From a virus (lineage: Duplodnaviria; Caudoviricetes), in the IMG/VR virus record IMGVR_UViG_3300038608_000020, positions 1 to 38,425 of that record: DNA of 38,425 nt. One strand, given 5' to 3'. Below the pieces are notes generated by a model. It saw nothing but the letters and a program-made list of their open reading frames with translations, did no database searches and was not told the origin of the DNA. The translations under genes and the position numbers were made by a program. Shown in pieces: positions 36,342 to 38,425 of the stretch; within the stretch, counting starts at the first letter, position 1, and each line of letters starts with the position of its first letter.

Positions 36342-36530
36342 ATGAAACAGCAAGCCACCCGAGCAAACGAAGCGCAGATTCGCCAACACATCGAACGGCA
36401 GAAAGACGGCCTGTCCGGTGATTGGGAAAGTGATAACCCGATACTTGCAGCGCTGATCGGAACCGCCGTTCTGGCATTCGCAATCGGCGGCATGTTGGCC
36501 GCATGGATCGCGCAAGGGGCGCAGTTATGA
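36342..36530 (+). CDS. Small membrane protein (start MKQQATR)
   Basis: AAGGA RBS; C-terminal TM. Confidence 0.65.
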   Translation: MKQQATRANEAQIRQHIERQKDGLSGDWESDNPILAALIGTAVLAFAIGGMLAAWIAQGAQL

Positions 36531-36760
36531 GCAACGAAAGCATGCACGGGTTTTACCCGAGCGCAGCCAAGCAGCGGATAGACATGCAATGCGCCCGCTA
36601 CCTGCACAAGCCGACCGGGAAGCGGTTCTATATCGCCTACACCGCCGCAATGATGAGCGAGCTGCACGAAGCCAATGAGCTGCGCGGCATCAGTGGCTCG
36701 GTCAAATACGCCAGTGACGAACAGCTGGCCAACGCCGAAATCTGGGAGCGCCTGCAATGA
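36527..36760 (+). CDS. Hypothetical protein (start MSNESMH)
   Basis: ATGA overlaps on both sides. Confidence 0.65.
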   Translation: MSNESMHGFYPSAAKQRIDMQCARYLHKPTGKRFYIAYTAAMMSELHEANELRGISGSVKYASDEQLANAEIWERLQ

Positions 36761-37080
36761 CCGAAGAAAGATTTGTCCCGACAGCCGTAGCAGAGTTTGC
36801 AGTCGAAGAGCGCGCGCAGCTGCTTGAGCGGATAGCGGAGCAGGCGCGGGAGATTGAGCGGCTTGTCACCAGTCTGCACAGGGCATTGATGGGCAGTGCC
36901 GAGCTTGCCGCCCTGAAAGCCCAGCCGAGCGGGGTTGTGCTGCCTGAGCGCAAGCAAGCGGTGCGAGGCGATGTGCTGTCGTTTCAATCGGAAGGCTGGA
37001 ACGCCTGTCTTGATGAAGTCGCCCGCCTGAACCCAGCGCCAGCCACTGCCGATAGCGACGTGCGGGAGGTGAAATCGTGA
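36757..37080 (+). CDS. Hypothetical protein
   Basis: VVLPER...GWNACLDEV motif. Confidence 0.7.
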   Translation: MTEERFVPTAVAEFAVEERAQLLERIAEQAREIERLVTSLHRALMGSAELAALKAQPSGVVLPERKQAVRGDVLSFQSEGWNACLDEVARLNPAPATADSDVREVKS

Positions 37081-37502
37081 GCGTGCACTTCAGCAGTGCC
37101 ACCGATGTGTGGGCGACCCCCCAGGAGTTCTTCGACAAATACAACAGAATTTACGGCTTTACTGTTGATGTTTGCGCAAATCCAGAGAACGCAAAATGCG
37201 TGAAGTTCTTCACGGTAGACGATGATGGCCTGGCGCAGAAGTGGGAAGGCTGCGCATGGATGAACCCCCCTTATGGTCGAACGATCAAGGAGTGGATGCG
37301 TAAAGCGTACGAGCAGAGCCTGCTGGGGTGCACGGTTGTCTGCCTAGTTCCTGCCCGAACAGACACAGCCTGGTGGCATGACTACGCAATCAAGGGCGAA
37401 ATCGAGTTCATACGCGGTCGCTTGAAGTTTGGCGGGCACAAGAATTCGGCCCCATTCCCGTCGGCGGTTGTCGTTTTCAAAGCACAGGAGCAACCAGAAT
37501 GA
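37077..37502 (+). CDS. Phage DNA N6-adenine methyltransferase (phage Dam family)
   Basis: [16 protein letters not shown] and LVPARTDT..W...FIRGRLKF motifs. Confidence 0.9.
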   Translation: MSVHFSSATDVWATPQEFFDKYNRIYGFTVDVCANPENAKCVKFFTVDDDGLAQKWEGCAWMNPPYGRTIKEWMRKAYEQSLLGCTVVCLVPARTDTAWWHDYAIKGEIEFIRGRLKFGGHKNSAPFPSAVVVFKAQEQPE

Positions 37503-38359
37503 GCGTAATCAACAACGTGCCGAGCGAGGTACTAACTGAAGCTCTCCATTGCCTTGAGGCCGCAGGCTACCCGGTTGCAGCTGGAAAAATACGAAACCTG
37601 CTCGCCACTGCCCAGCCTGCGGCGGACGGGGAGCGGGAGGCGTTTGAGCAGGCAGAGCGTGACTGTGTGCGCCAAGGGCATCCAGCCATGGCTTTCATGC
37701 ACCGCAATGACCTTCTGGCCAACTTCAAAGCCCGCGCCGATCAGCCAGCTAAGGCCGAGGGAGTGGCTGTTCCGAAAGAGTGGCGAGCAGGGGTAATCGA
37801 TGTAGCAAAGCTCATTCAAAAGATCGCCGACGATTACGCAACCGAGTTCGGCCACGATGATATGGGCGGCTTATCGTTCGGATCAGGACAGTCCGCTGAG
37901 ATCAGGTCCGACTACCACACAATGCTGTTGGACTTGGTAGATGAGGTTAATGGAATGCTCGCCGCCGCGCCCGCTCTGCCAGTGACCTCTGGTGCCTTCA
38001 AGCTCTGCGACCATGTACGCAAGACCAAAGGCAGCCAGTGGAGCGGCCGAGTGGTCGGCACCTACAACACCGAACTGACGCCAGAAGGCTATGCGGTGGA
38101 AAGCAGCACCGAGAAGGGTAGCGTGCAGATTTACCCGGCTTCGGCGCTTGAACTTGATCATGGTTCGCCTAACCATACTGAGCAGGTGCGACTAGCCAAG
38201 AAAGCGCTCGAACTGTGCGATGCAGCAGAAAACAAAGAAGATCTGCCGCTGAACAAGTGGGCGCTAAAGACTGGTCGCCTGGTCAATGAGGTGCGCGACC
38301 TAGCCGAGCAATACGCCGCCGCCCCATCAGCAGGCAGTCAGCAGGAGCAAGGCGAATGA
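37499..38359 (+). CDS. Multimodular protein containing a DfrB/R67-type dihydrofolate reductase domain
   Basis: [48 protein letters not shown]. Confidence 0.85.
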   Translation: MSVINNVPSEVLTEALHCLEAAGYPVAAGKIRNLLATAQPAADGEREAFEQAERDCVRQGHPAMAFMHRNDLLANFKARADQPAKAEGVAVPKEWRAGVIDVAKLIQKIADDYATEFGHDDMGGLSFGSGQSAEIRSDYHTMLLDLVDEVNGMLAAAPALPVTSGAFKLCDHVRKTKGSQWSGRVVGTYNTELTPEGYAVESSTEKGSVQIYPASALELDHGSPNHTEQVRLAKKALELCDAAENKEDLPLNKWALKTGRLVNEVRDLAEQYAAAPSAGSQQEQGE

Positions 38360-38425
38360 TGCTCAGGATTGCGTTTAACCCGGCAGACCTGAAAGCCACT
38401 GACGAGGCATGGCCAGCATTTCAAG
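38356..38425 (+). CDS. 5' part of the ORF crossing the genome join
   Basis: AGGAG RBS; ATGA overlap with upstream gene; frame continues at base 2. Confidence 0.75.
   Translation, partial: MMLRIAFNPADLKATDEAWPAFQ

Overview
The window is almost certainly a complete, circularly permuted dsDNA tailed-phage genome. The first and last 8 nt (ATTTCAAG) overlap and restore one ORF across the join, giving a unit length of about 38,417 bp. The minus strand from about 31.4 kb down to 1.4 kb carries, in order: cro, an Xis-like HTH gene, lambdoid O/P-like replication genes, ninB/ninG, a two-holin + lysozyme + Rz/Rz1 lysis cassette, TerS/TerL, and a BPP-1/epsilon15/T7-like podovirus morphogenesis block (portal, scaffold, capsid, tail tube A/B, ejection proteins, tailspike). 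The plus strand from 31.5 kb through the join to 1.2 kb carries early genes: a DUF6948-like protein with a Gly-repeat partner, RecT, YqaJ exonuclease, an adenine methyltransferase and a protein with a DfrB/R67 DHFR domain. GC content and gene style suggest a Pseudomonas-like host (inference). Despite the lambdoid layout I see no cI repressor, integrase or Q antiterminator. Instead there are several small promoter-operator-regulator cassettes, a copG/ctRNA-like (or OOP-like) unit in front of the replication initiator, a C4/CI-type RNA switch upstream of recT, other structured intergenic regions, and two hypervariable-looking tandem-repeat genes. All family assignments come from reading motifs by eye; no database search was run.
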